Source: Candidatus Aenigmatarchaeota archaeon (GTDB lineage: Archaea; Aenigmatarchaeota; Aenigmatarchaeia; QMZP01; QMZT01). Taken from it: DNA of 64,000 nucleotides. Of the stretch, positions 37,815 to 47,918 are shown in pieces. Within the stretch, counting starts at the first letter, position 1; every line of letters begins with the position of its first letter. Where the stretch lies: positions 608,001 through 672,000 of the forward strand of contig CAVSBQ010000002.1 in assembly GCA_963726265.1 (NCBI GenBank), given 5' to 3'. The notes below the pieces were generated by a model that did not search any database, had not been told where the DNA came from, and saw only the letters and a list, made by a program, of their open reading frames with translations. A program made the translations under genes and the position numbers.

Positions 37815-38504
37815 TTAGGAATGGCCAGTCACGCTGAATCGAAAACTCATATATTTTCTCCCAGAATTAGGCATTTCATAAAGGCCGCCGCTCACAACGG
37901 CATTAAAACCTTTGATGGAGAGATTATAATTAAAGTCCAGCTCTGCCGGATCTGAAAGATCGCGCAAATTAACTGCCAGTTTTTTATATATTATCGTTGC
38001 TGATGAGTTTGCCTTTATCTTGCCGAAATCATATGCTGGACGTATCCCGATAGCCGCTTCTCCCAGCTTGATTTCCGGCACATAGCCGTTGAACCTGCTG
38101 CTCATTGTAAAATCGCTGTCTATGAAACAGCGCAGCAAATTTTCATAATTATGTCCGATTGCATCATGCAATAATTCACCGGTATATTTGGGCGCCAGGA
38201 CTTTTTTAAGAATATCGCCTGCAACAGCTTTCGGGCTGTTTAATTTCATGTTGCCATGGCCGTCTATAACCACGCCGATTTCAAGAAGGCGCTTCAGCAA
38301 ACCCTCCGCAATGCCGCTCTTGCCTATCTTTATTTTTTCGCCGGCTATCATCTTTGCATGCACAAACGTTTTTTGGCGTTCTTCAGCGGCAGCAGCCCTT
38401 GTTTCATGTCTGTTTACCTGCCTGTATGGAAATTCACCGGAACCGTGCAGGTTTGGGACAAGGGTTGTAAAAAGCAGAACAAACGGCATCCATTTCCGTT
38501 TCAT
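37815..38504 (-). CDS. Hypothetical protein with N-terminal hydrophobic segment
   Basis: 229-aa ORF filling the gap between rpl12 and alaS; no recognised motifs. Confidence 0.55.
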   Translation of the reverse strand: MKRKWMPFVLLFTTLVPNLHGSGEFPYRQVNRHETRAAAAEERQKTFVHAKMIAGEKIKIGKSGIAEGLLKRLLEIGVVIDGHGNMKLNSPKAVAGDILKKVLAPKYTGELLHDAIGHNYENLLRCFIDSDFTMSSRFNGYVPEIKLGEAAIGIRPAYDFGKIKANSSATIIYKKLAVNLRDLSDPAELDFNYNLSIKGFNAVVSGGLYEMPNSGRKYMSFRFSVTGHS

Positions 38505-38595
38505 TATTAATTATTTATGGATTTACAATTTTAAAGATGCATGAATTTTCAAAACTAGAAAAGTGGCCCGCGGCTTTTCGGAAATAAAATAAAGT

Positions 38596-38889
38596 TTAAC
38601 CGAAAAGCGCGCTAAGACCCGCTGCTGCCTCTTCTGCCTTTTCCTCAGTTTTCTCTTCTTTCTTGGCTTCTGCCTTCTCTTCCTTCGGTTTCTCTGAAGG
38701 GGCCGCCTGGGCAAACGATGCGCCCTTTATGGCTTCGTTTATATTGACTTTCTTCAGGTTCGCTACAAGGGCCTTTATCTGTGCATGCTCTGCATGAGCG
38801 CCTGCAGCTTCCATGATTTTTTTTATGTGTTCTTCGTCAACGTCCTTTCCCAGAGAGTGTAGGAGCAAGGCTGCGTATATCATTTCCAT
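38596..38889 (-). CDS. rpl12: 50S ribosomal protein L12 (P1)
   Basis: MEMIYAALLLH, acidic hinge, C-terminal AAAGLSALFG. Confidence 0.95.
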   Translation of the reverse strand: MEMIYAALLLHSLGKDVDEEHIKKIMEAAGAHAEHAQIKALVANLKKVNINEAIKGASFAQAAPSEKPKEEKAEAKKEEKTEEKAEEAAAGLSALFG

Positions 38890-38890
38890 T

Positions 38891-39772
38891 TTATCCCTCC
38901 TCTTTTTTATCAGCATTTTCGGCGCCTGGTATATTCATGCTATCCAAATCAGTTTTGACCGCTTCCATCTGGGCCCGCGCCTCGGCCAGAAGGGTTCCTA
39001 TAGTATCCTTCGTCGGTATCTTGGCTTCGATCGCCAGACTGACCGCTTCCTTGTATGCCTTCACGCATAGCAGCGGAAGCGTTTGCGGAGTCGCGTGGCC
39101 TATGTTAAGTGCAAGACTGAACGCGCATCTGTAAGCATTGATGATGTCGCTTTCGTATTTTTCGGTTGGTATGAACAGCAAAGCCTTTCCGTATATTTCG
39201 CCTTTGTCATAGGCCGCTATAAGGTTGAGCGATATTTCAACGGGTTCTATGCCGAGTTTCATCAGAATATCGGCAAGCGGTTTTGTTATAGGTTCGCCAC
39301 TCTTTACGACCACGGTATCTTTTTTCACGACTATCTTATCCCCCTCGACGCCGGCGGGTATCTTGACCCTCTGCAGTTCTCCTATCACGGGACCGGGCTT
39401 AAGGCTTGTCGGTCCCTCCTTGATGACGATTTCCTTGGCTGCGATATCGCCCGCTTTGGCGGCTGCGGATGACTTGGATGCCTCTATTATTTTTGCCAGT
39501 TCGAAGGGGTTTACGTCGCTCAGCAACAGTGCAGGCTGGTTTTTTATCAACGCCTCGAGTTTTTCAAGGCCGCTCACGCCCGCCTTTTCTATGGCCAACT
39601 TTATGACGTTTTTCTTAGTCATTTTTATTGTGGCCTTGCCCCTGAGCCCGTCCCTTATTTCCTGCAGCTGTTTTGCCGGGAGCTTATGCATGTCAAGCAG
39701 CCCTATCACTGAATATTTTTTCAGTTCCTTGCTCAGTTGCTCGACTTCCAGTTTTTTCCTTTCTGATACCAT
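38891..39772 (-). CDS. rpl10: 50S ribosomal protein L10 (P0)
   Basis: LPAKQLQEIR, NPFEL, AKAGDIA, GPTSLKPGP, LGIEP. Confidence 0.95.
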   Translation of the reverse strand: MVSERKKLEVEQLSKELKKYSVIGLLDMHKLPAKQLQEIRDGLRGKATIKMTKKNVIKLAIEKAGVSGLEKLEALIKNQPALLLSDVNPFELAKIIEASKSSAAAKAGDIAAKEIVIKEGPTSLKPGPVIGELQRVKIPAGVEGDKIVVKKDTVVVKSGEPITKPLADILMKLGIEPVEISLNLIAAYDKGEIYGKALLFIPTEKYESDIINAYRCAFSLALNIGHATPQTLPLLCVKAYKEAVSLAIEAKIPTKDTIGTLLAEARAQMEAVKTDLDSMNIPGAENADKKEEG

Positions 39773-39774
39773 CT

Positions 39775-40410
39775 TTACACCTTGAGTTTGATGGGCGGAC
39801 CCATCGTAAGTTTGACATATGCGTCTTTTATGTTCATCTTGCCTTTCGGCAGCTTTTCCTTCACGAAGTTCATCACGGCAATCACGTTTTTCATTATTTG
39901 TTCTTCCTTCATGTCTTCCTTGCCAACAGCCAGATGTATGACAGGCGAATCCTTCAGTCTTATCTTGACCATCCTTTTAGACATCTCGACGAATGGCAGA
40001 ATGCTTCCCTTTGGCGGTATCGGCCTTGGCATCTTGCCCCTCGGGCCAAGGACAGTTCCAAGGGTTTTACCCACAAGAGGCATGAGCGGCGCTTCGCAGA
40101 ACCACCATTCATATTCCTCGGCATATTTCTTGAGCTTCTTTTTGTCTTTGCCAAGGGCTTCCAGATCGCCCCTGACGATAACCAAACCATCCGTTTTTTT
40201 GGCTTCCGGGAGAAGCATGTCAACAATAAAAATGTATTTGCTTTCCCTGCCCCTGCCTTCCGGCAGGGCCAATTCGAGGTTAAGCTTGTTTTCCGGTTTC
40301 TTGAGGTCAAGGTTCTTGAGATTGATTAACAGATCCCAGGTTTGCAGAAATTTCCTTTGCTTGGCCTTTTCCTTCGCTTCCCTTATTTCCTTCAAAAACT
40401 CTTCTTCCAT
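39775..40410 (-). CDS. rpl1: 50S ribosomal protein L1
   Basis: RKFLQTWDLLINLK, LGPRGKMP, YVKLTMG. Confidence 0.95.
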   Translation of the reverse strand: MEEEFLKEIREAKEKAKQRKFLQTWDLLINLKNLDLKKPENKLNLELALPEGRGRESKYIFIVDMLLPEAKKTDGLVIVRGDLEALGKDKKKLKKYAEEYEWWFCEAPLMPLVGKTLGTVLGPRGKMPRPIPPKGSILPFVEMSKRMVKIRLKDSPVIHLAVGKEDMKEEQIMKNVIAVMNFVKEKLPKGKMNIKDAYVKLTMGPPIKLKV

Positions 40411-40480
40411 CGTCTTAACCTCCTGCTTACGCAGTAAACGGCTAGGATTCTTTATTCTTGTCAATGTGGGTATTTAAATA

Positions 40481-40900
40481 TTATGCCATACCCATGGCCA
40501 TTAGAATCATGTAAAAAACCAGAAAAACGTGCCTGAGCGGCAGTATCAGATGCCTTCTGCGCGCGACGGACCACAGCGACAAAAGGCAGTTAAGCGTGAA
40601 AAGGCAGAACCACGGGAAGAATACCACAAACACGATGCCTTCCGAAAGCCTGTCGCTTGCAATGTCCACAAGATGACCTTCCTCGGACGTCCTGCTGAAT
40701 TTTCTGGCCACGATGCCGTCAAACCAGTCAAGCAGCAGCGTGCAAAAAAGCAGCGTCAGCGCCAGGGGCATGGAATATTTAACAGACAGAAGAAAGAGCA
40801 TGGATGTTATTATGGACATGCCTGAAAGTGCATTGGGATTAATGTCAGGCAGCGGCAGCCTCATGCCTATTGCATCCATTCCATTCCTCAGTTTTTTCAC
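40481..40900 (-). CDS. CDP-alcohol phosphatidyltransferase family protein
   Basis: PNALS; DWFDGIVARK...G..VD..SDR signature. Confidence 0.8.
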   Translation of the reverse strand: MKKLRNGMDAIGMRLPLPDINPNALSGMSIITSMLFLLSVKYSMPLALTLLFCTLLLDWFDGIVARKFSRTSEEGHLVDIASDRLSEGIVFVVFFPWFCLFTLNCLLSLWSVARRRHLILPLRHVFLVFYMILMAMGMA

Positions 40901-41361
40901 AAAAGCAGGCTTGCTGTATCCAACCAGAATAACACCCCCGTCAAAAGAGTCAATACAATTTCGAATAAAATTTTGTTCCTGTAGCCGTAAGGGAATATGT
41001 GCAGAAAAACCTCGGTTTTAGAATATGGATAAAAAGGCATGGACTTGCCGGCAAGGAAATCAAGCGCAAAATGGAGGACCATGCAAAGCGCCGCTATCAT
41101 GGTCGCGTGGGGAAAAAACAGGTAACAGATGCAAACAAGGGCGGACAGCAGCGTCAGGCCGTATATTTCATGAAATCTAGTTCTGGATGCCGAGCCGAAC
41201 CTTCTTTTGATGACTCCGCTTCCCGTCTTCAACAGATAAGGGACATGCGTCAGGTCGATAGCAACCGAAAAAATAAGAATGAATATAACATAACTCCACG
41301 CATTGCCTATCACGAAATCAACAAAAAGGTAATTGAATAAAAAATGAAAAGCCACATTCAT
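40897..41361 (-). CDS. Membrane metal-dependent hydrolase (YdjM/DUF457-like)
   Basis: N-terminal H, IDLTH, RTRFHE, HFALD, PFYP. Confidence 0.65.
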   Translation of the reverse strand: MNVAFHFLFNYLFVDFVIGNAWSYVIFILIFSVAIDLTHVPYLLKTGSGVIKRRFGSASRTRFHEIYGLTLLSALVCICYLFFPHATMIAALCMVLHFALDFLAGKSMPFYPYSKTEVFLHIFPYGYRNKILFEIVLTLLTGVLFWLDTASLLL

Positions 41362-42740
41362 ATTTTCCTCTCGAAATATTTTCTGAGAAAGACGGAAAAT
41401 CCCATGTTTTTTTCAACAAGCTTCCCGGCGTCCTTTGATTTTAAAAGCATGAAGCCTCTCGAAATGCCTTTCGCTATATGCGACCTTATCCCATCGCGAG
41501 TCAGCTGCCTCTCTGATTTTCTAAGGAAGCCTTTCAGGAGAAGTTCAAGCTTTCTGCATTTCCTTTTAGCCTCGACACAAAGCTTGCCATTTTCAACATA
41601 AACGTTGTATTTGCCGTATTTTTTCCTGAATTCAGCGGCATGCCTTTCGGAACTGGCAGGGGGACCAGATACCTTGGTCATTTCAGACAGAAGCCAAGTC
41701 TTCATTTCAAATATCATGTAGGCTTTCTTTTCATCACCCCATACATCCTGATGAAAAACATCAAAGTCATTTTCCTCCATTAGATGCGCAAGCCTCAAAG
41801 ACGTTTTTCTCATCTGGGACCAGAGTATGTCATCCACAACTTTGGGCCTGTTAAATTTCAGAACGAAAAGTTCCGTGCCTCTTTTTTTAAGGTGATTTTT
41901 GACGTCATTTTTTTTCAGATAACCTTTATCTATCTCGAAAAACCTCAAAGAAGGTTTTCTGGAGAATTTCTTGCACACATCAACGAATTTCACGAAGTTT
42001 TCCTTCGACAGCGACGCTGCAACATTCCTTTTCGGATCAGTCGGGTCTATAACTATCAATGGTTGGTCCCTGAAATTTTCAGTAGGGTATTCAAACTTGC
42101 AATGATTTTTAAGGTCAATGAATACGCCGAATTTCCATTTTTTCGCGGCATTCAGAAGCCTCCTGAAATCTTTGTATTTTATTATCAGAAGCTCGCACAG
42201 ATAACCGGAAAAACCCAGCGTGCGTATATCGGAGCCGTATATATCAATCGCTTTGCAGAACTGCTTCAAAAGCCTGACGTCATTCGCCATTTTAGGCCTC
42301 AGGTTTTCAAGTATATACTTGTTGTGGAAGGGCGTGCGGTCAACTGCTGACATTATTTTGGCTGCCGATGCAACCTTATAGCAAGGCACGATATCCACAG
42401 AAAACTCGCCAATTTTTCCCTTCACATAGGGGTGCTCAGCATACGCTATTTCGTATTTGCCTTTCATTTTTTTCACGATTTGTCTGCCGATTTCGAGGCC
42501 GGTTTTTTCAAGCCTTTCTCTCGTGTATGTGACCGGGAACAGTATGAAAAGGTCCAGCTCCCTTTTATCAGCGAGCCACGTGTCGCGTATAAACGAACCG
42601 GCTATCGTTTTTTCAAGTTTGAGCGGCCTTATGACGCTGTCGGTGGCAGCCAAAACTTTTTGCAGGACCTCGGAAAATTCCCTCATTTCGCTTTCCTTCG
42701 GCACTATTTTTTCCAGCGCCCTTTTCAGAACGGCATCCAT
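41358..42740 (-). CDS. cca: CCA-adding enzyme (archaeal class I)
   Basis: GSFIRDTWL..ELDLF, YAEHPY, DIVPCY, SAVDRTPFH, GFSGYLCELL, IDPTDPKRNVAA. Confidence 0.95.
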   Translation of the reverse strand: MDAVLKRALEKIVPKESEMREFSEVLQKVLAATDSVIRPLKLEKTIAGSFIRDTWLADKRELDLFILFPVTYTRERLEKTGLEIGRQIVKKMKGKYEIAYAEHPYVKGKIGEFSVDIVPCYKVASAAKIMSAVDRTPFHNKYILENLRPKMANDVRLLKQFCKAIDIYGSDIRTLGFSGYLCELLIIKYKDFRRLLNAAKKWKFGVFIDLKNHCKFEYPTENFRDQPLIVIDPTDPKRNVAASLSKENFVKFVDVCKKFSRKPSLRFFEIDKGYLKKNDVKNHLKKRGTELFVLKFNRPKVVDDILWSQMRKTSLRLAHLMEENDFDVFHQDVWGDEKKAYMIFEMKTWLLSEMTKVSGPPASSERHAAEFRKKYGKYNVYVENGKLCVEAKRKCRKLELLLKGFLRKSERQLTRDGIRSHIAKGISRGFMLLKSKDAGKLVEKNMGFSVFLRKYFERKI

Positions 42741-42776
42741 AGTTATTCTATTTGCTCGGTATTTTATTAAACATCA

Positions 42777-43886
42777 TCAGCGCACGTCAAACCTGATGTT
42801 GCCAGTGTTGCCCAATACGTGCCACCAGCTCAGATAAGGCTGCATGGCAAGCATAAACAATATTATCAATAAAAGGAGGCCGAATTTCTTCCCGTGCGCA
42901 GATGACATCCTGAACAAAAACCCGGAAGAAATCATGCACATGGGAACAACAGCATATGTGCAGAATCTGTCCGGATAAAAAGGTATCAGGACAAGCAAAA
43001 CAAAAAACCATAAAAACAGCATCACATTAAACCTGTCCAGGTCCCTTCTTTTTAAAAAAATACAGATGGACGACACTGAAAACAATGAAACCGGAACCCA
43101 TCCAAGATACTCAAAAAAATACAGCGGGTTCTGCCAAACCAAATTCTCCTGCGGGTTTTGTATTCTCATTGCAGCCGAGCCGAAATATGAAGGCAAAAAA
43201 ACCAGAGTCAGCATGATCAGTGGGATTGAAGCAACCAGAACCTGAATGATAAATTTCGAGCCGGTTTTGAATCTCCATGAATAAATCACCAATGATCCCA
43301 GAATAAGCAAGCCGAAAACGCCATGTGAATATATCGTGATAAGCATCGAAATGATGAATGGCACACGTCTTTTCTGCATGAAAAAATAGATTGCCAGCGG
43401 AAAAAATATCATATCCAGTGCCTGTGGTGTTACCTGCACAGACCTGTCGAAAAAGGCAATAGATGATAGAAGCATGACCGAGACGAAAGCCGCCGGGGCA
43501 ATGCCAGCCTTTTTGTATACAATAAAAACTGAGGCAAATAATGCCAGTGGATAGAATATCATCTGCAGAAGAAGAGCGAACTGAGCAGCGATGCCTAATC
43601 TGATGAACGGCACAAAAATAAGATGAAACAGCGGGGGATACGGACCCATGTTGGGGTTCATAAATTCCTCCTTGAACATGGCATTTTCTCCCCGTGCATA
43701 AGACTCTGCAATTTCAATATGATACCAAAAATCCCCGCCTATCGGTTTCCCGATCGTCATGGATATTGCTGTAGAAAGGAGAAATGACAGGAAGATTGCC
43801 ACGATTGCAAAAAGCAGATAAATTTTATTCTCCGTTCCCTTTGGCAGGATTTTTGCCAGCATGGTATTTTTCATAGAGATCTTCAA
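42777..43886 (-). CDS. Polytopic membrane protein, GT-C glycosyltransferase-like
   Basis: GDFWYH, YPPLFH, PQA, about 10 TM segments. Confidence 0.6.
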   Translation of the reverse strand: MKISMKNTMLAKILPKGTENKIYLLFAIVAIFLSFLLSTAISMTIGKPIGGDFWYHIEIAESYARGENAMFKEEFMNPNMGPYPPLFHLIFVPFIRLGIAAQFALLLQMIFYPLALFASVFIVYKKAGIAPAAFVSVMLLSSIAFFDRSVQVTPQALDMIFFPLAIYFFMQKRRVPFIISMLITIYSHGVFGLLILGSLVIYSWRFKTGSKFIIQVLVASIPLIMLTLVFLPSYFGSAAMRIQNPQENLVWQNPLYFFEYLGWVPVSLFSVSSICIFLKRRDLDRFNVMLFLWFFVLLVLIPFYPDRFCTYAVVPMCMISSGFLFRMSSAHGKKFGLLLLIILFMLAMQPYLSWWHVLGNTGNIRFDVR

Positions 43887-43929
43887 TTAAGTTTTTATTG
43901 CGTTTAAATTAAAATAAAGCGTCAGGCAG

Positions 43930-44769
43930 GTGATTCTTGTGGCATTTATAAAAGTAAGCCTTGGCTCCTTTGTCGACACGCAACGACAGGTAACCGACAT
44001 ATCATCAAAGAGGCTCGTTACCATTGAAGAAAATTCAAGGCTTCTGGATGTTTTAAGCCTCCTTTTTTCAGAAGGGGTCAGAAAAATCCCGATAATTGAT
44101 AAGGCGGGCAACCTTAAAGGCATCGTGTCATCCATAGACATACTCAGCCTGCTTGGCGGCGGCGACAAACATGAAATTTTCAGGAAAAACATGGGGAGCA
44201 TGGAACTAAAGACGGACAAATTCGCCACAAGACAAGTAAAGACGATACATTTCAGAACGAGCATAAAGAAGGCGCTGGAAACATTCAAGACGGAAAGGAG
44301 CGGCATGTATCCCTTGACTGATTCGAGGAAGCTGATATCCGTAGTCTCTGAATGGGATTTCGTAAAACTGATCGACAGGCCGGTGGGGATAAAGATAGGT
44401 GAAATCATGGTCGAACGGCCGCTTTTCGTTCAAAAGAAGCACACTACGTATGAAGCTGCAAAAATGATGTGCAGGGGCGGCTTCAGGCGCCTGCCTGTAG
44501 TGGAGGAGAACATACTGCTGGGAGTGATAACACCTACCGACATACTTTCCCACGTCAAAAACAGCAGAATCTGGGGCAGCCTTGTTGCGGACAAAACGCG
44601 CGTGGAGCATGTTATGAAAAAGGAAGTGGTCACAGTCAGCGCGGATGATGATTTGTTTACTGCGGCCAGCATCATGAAAGGCAGGCACATTGGCGGCTTG
44701 CCCGTGGTGGATGATGAAGAGCTTGTCGGCATAGTGACCGAAAGGGATATAGTGGATGTATTAGCATGA
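43930..44769 (+). CDS. CBS-domain protein (4 CBS)
   Basis: RKIPII..GIVS..D, FRRLPVV..GVIT..D, IGGLPVV..GIVTERD. Confidence 0.88.
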   Translation: MILVAFIKVSLGSFVDTQRQVTDISSKRLVTIEENSRLLDVLSLLFSEGVRKIPIIDKAGNLKGIVSSIDILSLLGGGDKHEIFRKNMGSMELKTDKFATRQVKTIHFRTSIKKALETFKTERSGMYPLTDSRKLISVVSEWDFVKLIDRPVGIKIGEIMVERPLFVQKKHTTYEAAKMMCRGGFRRLPVVEENILLGVITPTDILSHVKNSRIWGSLVADKTRVEHVMKKEVVTVSADDDLFTAASIMKGRHIGGLPVVDDEELVGIVTERDIVDVLA

Positions 44770-45227
44770 AAAACAGCAGAATAGATGAAGAGCAGCTCCA
44801 GAACATCATAAAAGAGCTGGCCGAGGCCCTGGTCATAGTCGAAGGCAAAAACGACGAAAAAGCTTTAAAAAGCCTCGGCCTGAAAGATATTATTGCGATC
44901 AAGGGGACGCCGCTCTATAAGGTGGCCGAGGTCGCATTGAGAACAAAAAAAGAAGTCGTGATATTGACTGATTTCGATAAAAAAGGCAGGGAGATGGAAA
45001 AAAAGCTGAGAACCCTGCTTCAAAGGCACGGGAAAATCCCGAATTCGAAATTAAGGTGTAAGGTAATGTCACTGGAAAAAAACAGGATAGAGGATCTGTG
45101 GGGCATTGATACCCACGGGACCATTTCATTCAGGGAGGATGATTTTTATGTCAAAACTAGCACCGACTTCGATAAAATACGTGGTAAAAGCAGAGATAGA
45201 TGCCCAAGGGGTAATAGAAAAACCTGA
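44766..45227 (+). CDS. Small TOPRIM-domain protein (RNase M5-like)
   Basis: IVEGKND, ILTDFDKKG. Confidence 0.85.
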   Translation: MKNSRIDEEQLQNIIKELAEALVIVEGKNDEKALKSLGLKDIIAIKGTPLYKVAEVALRTKKEVVILTDFDKKGREMEKKLRTLLQRHGKIPNSKLRCKVMSLEKNRIEDLWGIDTHGTISFREDDFYVKTSTDFDKIRGKSRDRCPRGNRKT

Positions 45228-46428
45228 TGTCATAGGCGCAATATTCGGACAGACAGAAGGCTTGCTTGGTTCTGATCTTGACCTGAGAGAGCTTCAGAGA
45301 ACAGGTAGAATAGGCAGGATAGAAGTCAACATAAATTCTGAAAGGGGCAAATCGCACGGAGAGGTTATAATACCATCGTCGCTTGATTCCGCCGAGACTG
45401 CCCTAATAGCAGCTACGCTGGAGACGATAGAGAGAGTAGGACCATGCATAGCAAAAATAATCCTCAAGTCCGTCGAGGACACGCGTGAACTGAAGAGAAA
45501 GTTCGTCATAGACAAGGCCAAAATCATCCTGAGAGAACTTCTTGAAAAAGGCATACCGGACACGTCAAAAATAGCAGAGGAAATAAAACAAGAAATAAAG
45601 ACCTACGAAATAACCACATATCAAGGCCTCCCATGCGGTCCGGGCATACTGGAATCCGAAGAAACAATCATAGTGGAGGGAAGGGCAGATGTCATAAACC
45701 TCGTGAGATACGGCATAAAGAATGTCATTGCCATTGAAGGCAGTTCCATACCGCAGCAGATAATAAACCTGTCAAGGCAGAAAACAACGACCGCCTTCTT
45801 TGACGGCGACAGGGGAGGAACCCTCAACCTGAAAAGCCTCATGGAAACAACGGACCTGGATTTCGTCGCGATCGCGCCCGAAGGCAAAGAAGTCGAGGAG
45901 CTTTCGAAAAAAGAAGTGTTCAAGGCGCTCAGGGACAAGGTAGCAGCTTCCCAGTTCAGGACGGAAGCCAGGGGAGACAGGCAGAATAACAATGACAGAA
46001 GGGAAAGGCCGGTCGAAAGGCCAGTAGAAAGGCCCGTCGAAAAGCTAAATGAGAGACCCCCGGAAAGGCTAGGCGCCGAACAGCCTAGAGATGTCGAATT
46101 CAGACAGCAGCAGCAAATGCCGCCCAGAAAAATACCAATAACAGATGAGCAGAAAAGGATATTCAAAAAAACACTGGAAGAACTGATAGGCACAAGGGCG
46201 GCATGCATATTCGATTCGTCTTTCAACATACTGGGCAAAGTCCCGACCAAGGAGCTGCATAACACTCTCAAAACTCTGGATAACCCGTATGCAGTCATCT
46301 TTGACGGGCGGGTTGACTACAAACTGGACATAATAGCGAGAAGAAAATCGGTCAAATTTTTGATAGGCATGGAGAAAGATAACATAAAGTCACCCGTCAA
46401 CATCCTGTCAAAAGAGGACATAGAATAA
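45148..46428 (+). CDS. dnaG: Archaeal DnaG (exosome-associated primase homolog)
   Basis: EKPDVIGAIFGQTEGLLG, GRIGRI, IIVEGRADV, FFDGDRGG; GGAGG RBS before 45148. Confidence 0.95.
   Translation: MSKLAPTSIKYVVKAEIDAQGVIEKPDVIGAIFGQTEGLLGSDLDLRELQRTGRIGRIEVNINSERGKSHGEVIIPSSLDSAETALIAATLETIERVGPCIAKIILKSVEDTRELKRKFVIDKAKIILRELLEKGIPDTSKIAEEIKQEIKTYEITTYQGLPCGPGILESEETIIVEGRADVINLVRYGIKNVIAIEGSSIPQQIINLSRQKTTTAFFDGDRGGTLNLKSLMETTDLDFVAIAPEGKEVEELSKKEVFKALRDKVAASQFRTEARGDRQNNNDRRERPVERPVERPVEKLNERPPERLGAEQPRDVEFRQQQQMPPRKIPITDEQKRIFKKTLEELIGTRAACIFDSSFNILGKVPTKELHNTLKTLDNPYAVIFDGRVDYKLDIIARRKSVKFLIGMEKDNIKSPVNILSKEDIE
46003..46038 (+). repeat. Three 12-bp tandem repeats encoding ERPV in the DnaG linker
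   Basis: GAAAGGCCGGTC GAAAGGCCAGTA GAAAGGCCCGTC. Confidence 0.8.
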
Positions 46429-46486
46429 ATTTATAGGCCGAAAGCCCAATATTCTATATATTCGGTTTAAAAATTCAGGTGAGAGA

Positions 46487-47518
46487 ATGGAAGATTTATT
46501 GAAAAAGCTCGTAATGTCTCCTTCAATTTCAGGCTATGAAAAAAACATAAGAGACACCATGGCTAAGGAATTGAAGCCGTATGTTGATGAAATAAGAATC
46601 GACAAAATAGGCAACCTTATATGCAGGAAGGGTTCCGGTTCCCCTAAAATAATGCTTACCGCACATATGGATGAGCTTGGCCTGATGGTAAAATACATAG
46701 ATGACAGCGGTTTCATAAGATTCGAGACCATAGGAGGCTGGGATCCGAAAATTTTGCTCGCGCAAAAATTCAAAATACATGGCTCAAGCGGCCCTGTCGT
46801 AGGAGTGGTCGGCGCCAAGCCGATCCACCTTCAGGAAAAGGAAGATGTTAAGAATCCCGTTAAGCTGACGGAGATGTTCATTGACATAGGGGCGAAAGAC
46901 AGAAAAGAAGCTGAGAAGATGGGAATAAGGATAGGAGATTATATAACAAATTACGGCGAATTCGACAAACTGGGGCCATCGAAGGTAACAGCTTACGGCT
47001 TTGACGACAGAATAGGATGCCTGGTGATGATAGAAGCCATGAAAAACCTCAAGAAGGTCAAGGGAACTGTATATGCCATCGGGACCGTGAAGGAGGAAAT
47101 AGGCCTAATAGGAATACGGGGGCCGGTTTTCAGCATAAACCCGGACATTGTAATATCACTTGATGTCACAACGTCTGGTGATACCCCTGAACTGAAACCG
47201 TATGATGCCACTTCAAAATTAGGCGGAGGACCAGTTCTTATGATAAAGGATGCAATAAGTATAATACAAACTGAAATGAAGGACTGGGTCGAGGATGTTT
47301 CCAGAAAAAACAAGATAAAATTACAGTTTGACGTAGTTTCCGGTGGCGCTACGGATGCATCGGTGACACCCATGATAAGGGAAGGAGTGCCGTCAATCTC
47401 GATATTGACACCTTCACGTTATCTACACACGCCGGTTGAAGTTGCGGATATGAATGACGTGAAAGAGTCCGTGAAGCTTATAATAGAACTTATTAAGTCG
47501 GCGCATGAACGTTTCTGA
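46487..47518 (+). CDS. M42 family aminopeptidase (TET-like)
   Basis: AHMDELG, DDRIG, EEIG, GGATDA, RYLHT. Confidence 0.92.
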   Translation: MEDLLKKLVMSPSISGYEKNIRDTMAKELKPYVDEIRIDKIGNLICRKGSGSPKIMLTAHMDELGLMVKYIDDSGFIRFETIGGWDPKILLAQKFKIHGSSGPVVGVVGAKPIHLQEKEDVKNPVKLTEMFIDIGAKDRKEAEKMGIRIGDYITNYGEFDKLGPSKVTAYGFDDRIGCLVMIEAMKNLKKVKGTVYAIGTVKEEIGLIGIRGPVFSINPDIVISLDVTTSGDTPELKPYDATSKLGGGPVLMIKDAISIIQTEMKDWVEDVSRKNKIKLQFDVVSGGATDASVTPMIREGVPSISILTPSRYLHTPVEVADMNDVKESVKLIIELIKSAHERF

Positions 47519-47524
47519 TAGTAT

Positions 47525-47917
47525 TCATGAATTTTCTATCAGTCTAACATTTCCACGCATAGGTATAACTTCCAGTTCACCCATATATATCTGCACATCT
47601 CCAACCACATTAATTGATTCTCCTATTTTTATAGCATTTGCATCAATATTTTTTGTTTCCAGCAGCCTTATGGTGTCTTCCCATAAAACAATTTTTATCT
47701 CTCCCGTGGCATCTTGAAGATTCATGAAAATATTACCATCATTTTCACGGATACTCTTCACGAACCCAGTTATATTCACGACCTTTCCAGCGAACGATTT
47801 GTCAATTTCACCTATGTTCACGTGAAGTGAAGATAGGTTGTATGTGACCAAATACAGCAGTATGAAACATACAAAAATACCCGCTACTGATAGTCTGGCC
47901 AGCTTTTTCTCATTCAT
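47525..47917 (-). CDS. Membrane-anchored OB-fold protein
   Basis: N-terminal TM; VNITGFV, LQDATGEI, V.GDVQIY.GELEV. Confidence 0.75.
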   Translation of the reverse strand: MNEKKLARLSVAGIFVCFILLYLVTYNLSSLHVNIGEIDKSFAGKVVNITGFVKSIRENDGNIFMNLQDATGEIKIVLWEDTIRLLETKNIDANAIKIGESINVVGDVQIYMGELEVIPMRGNVRLIENS

Positions 47918-47918
47918 A

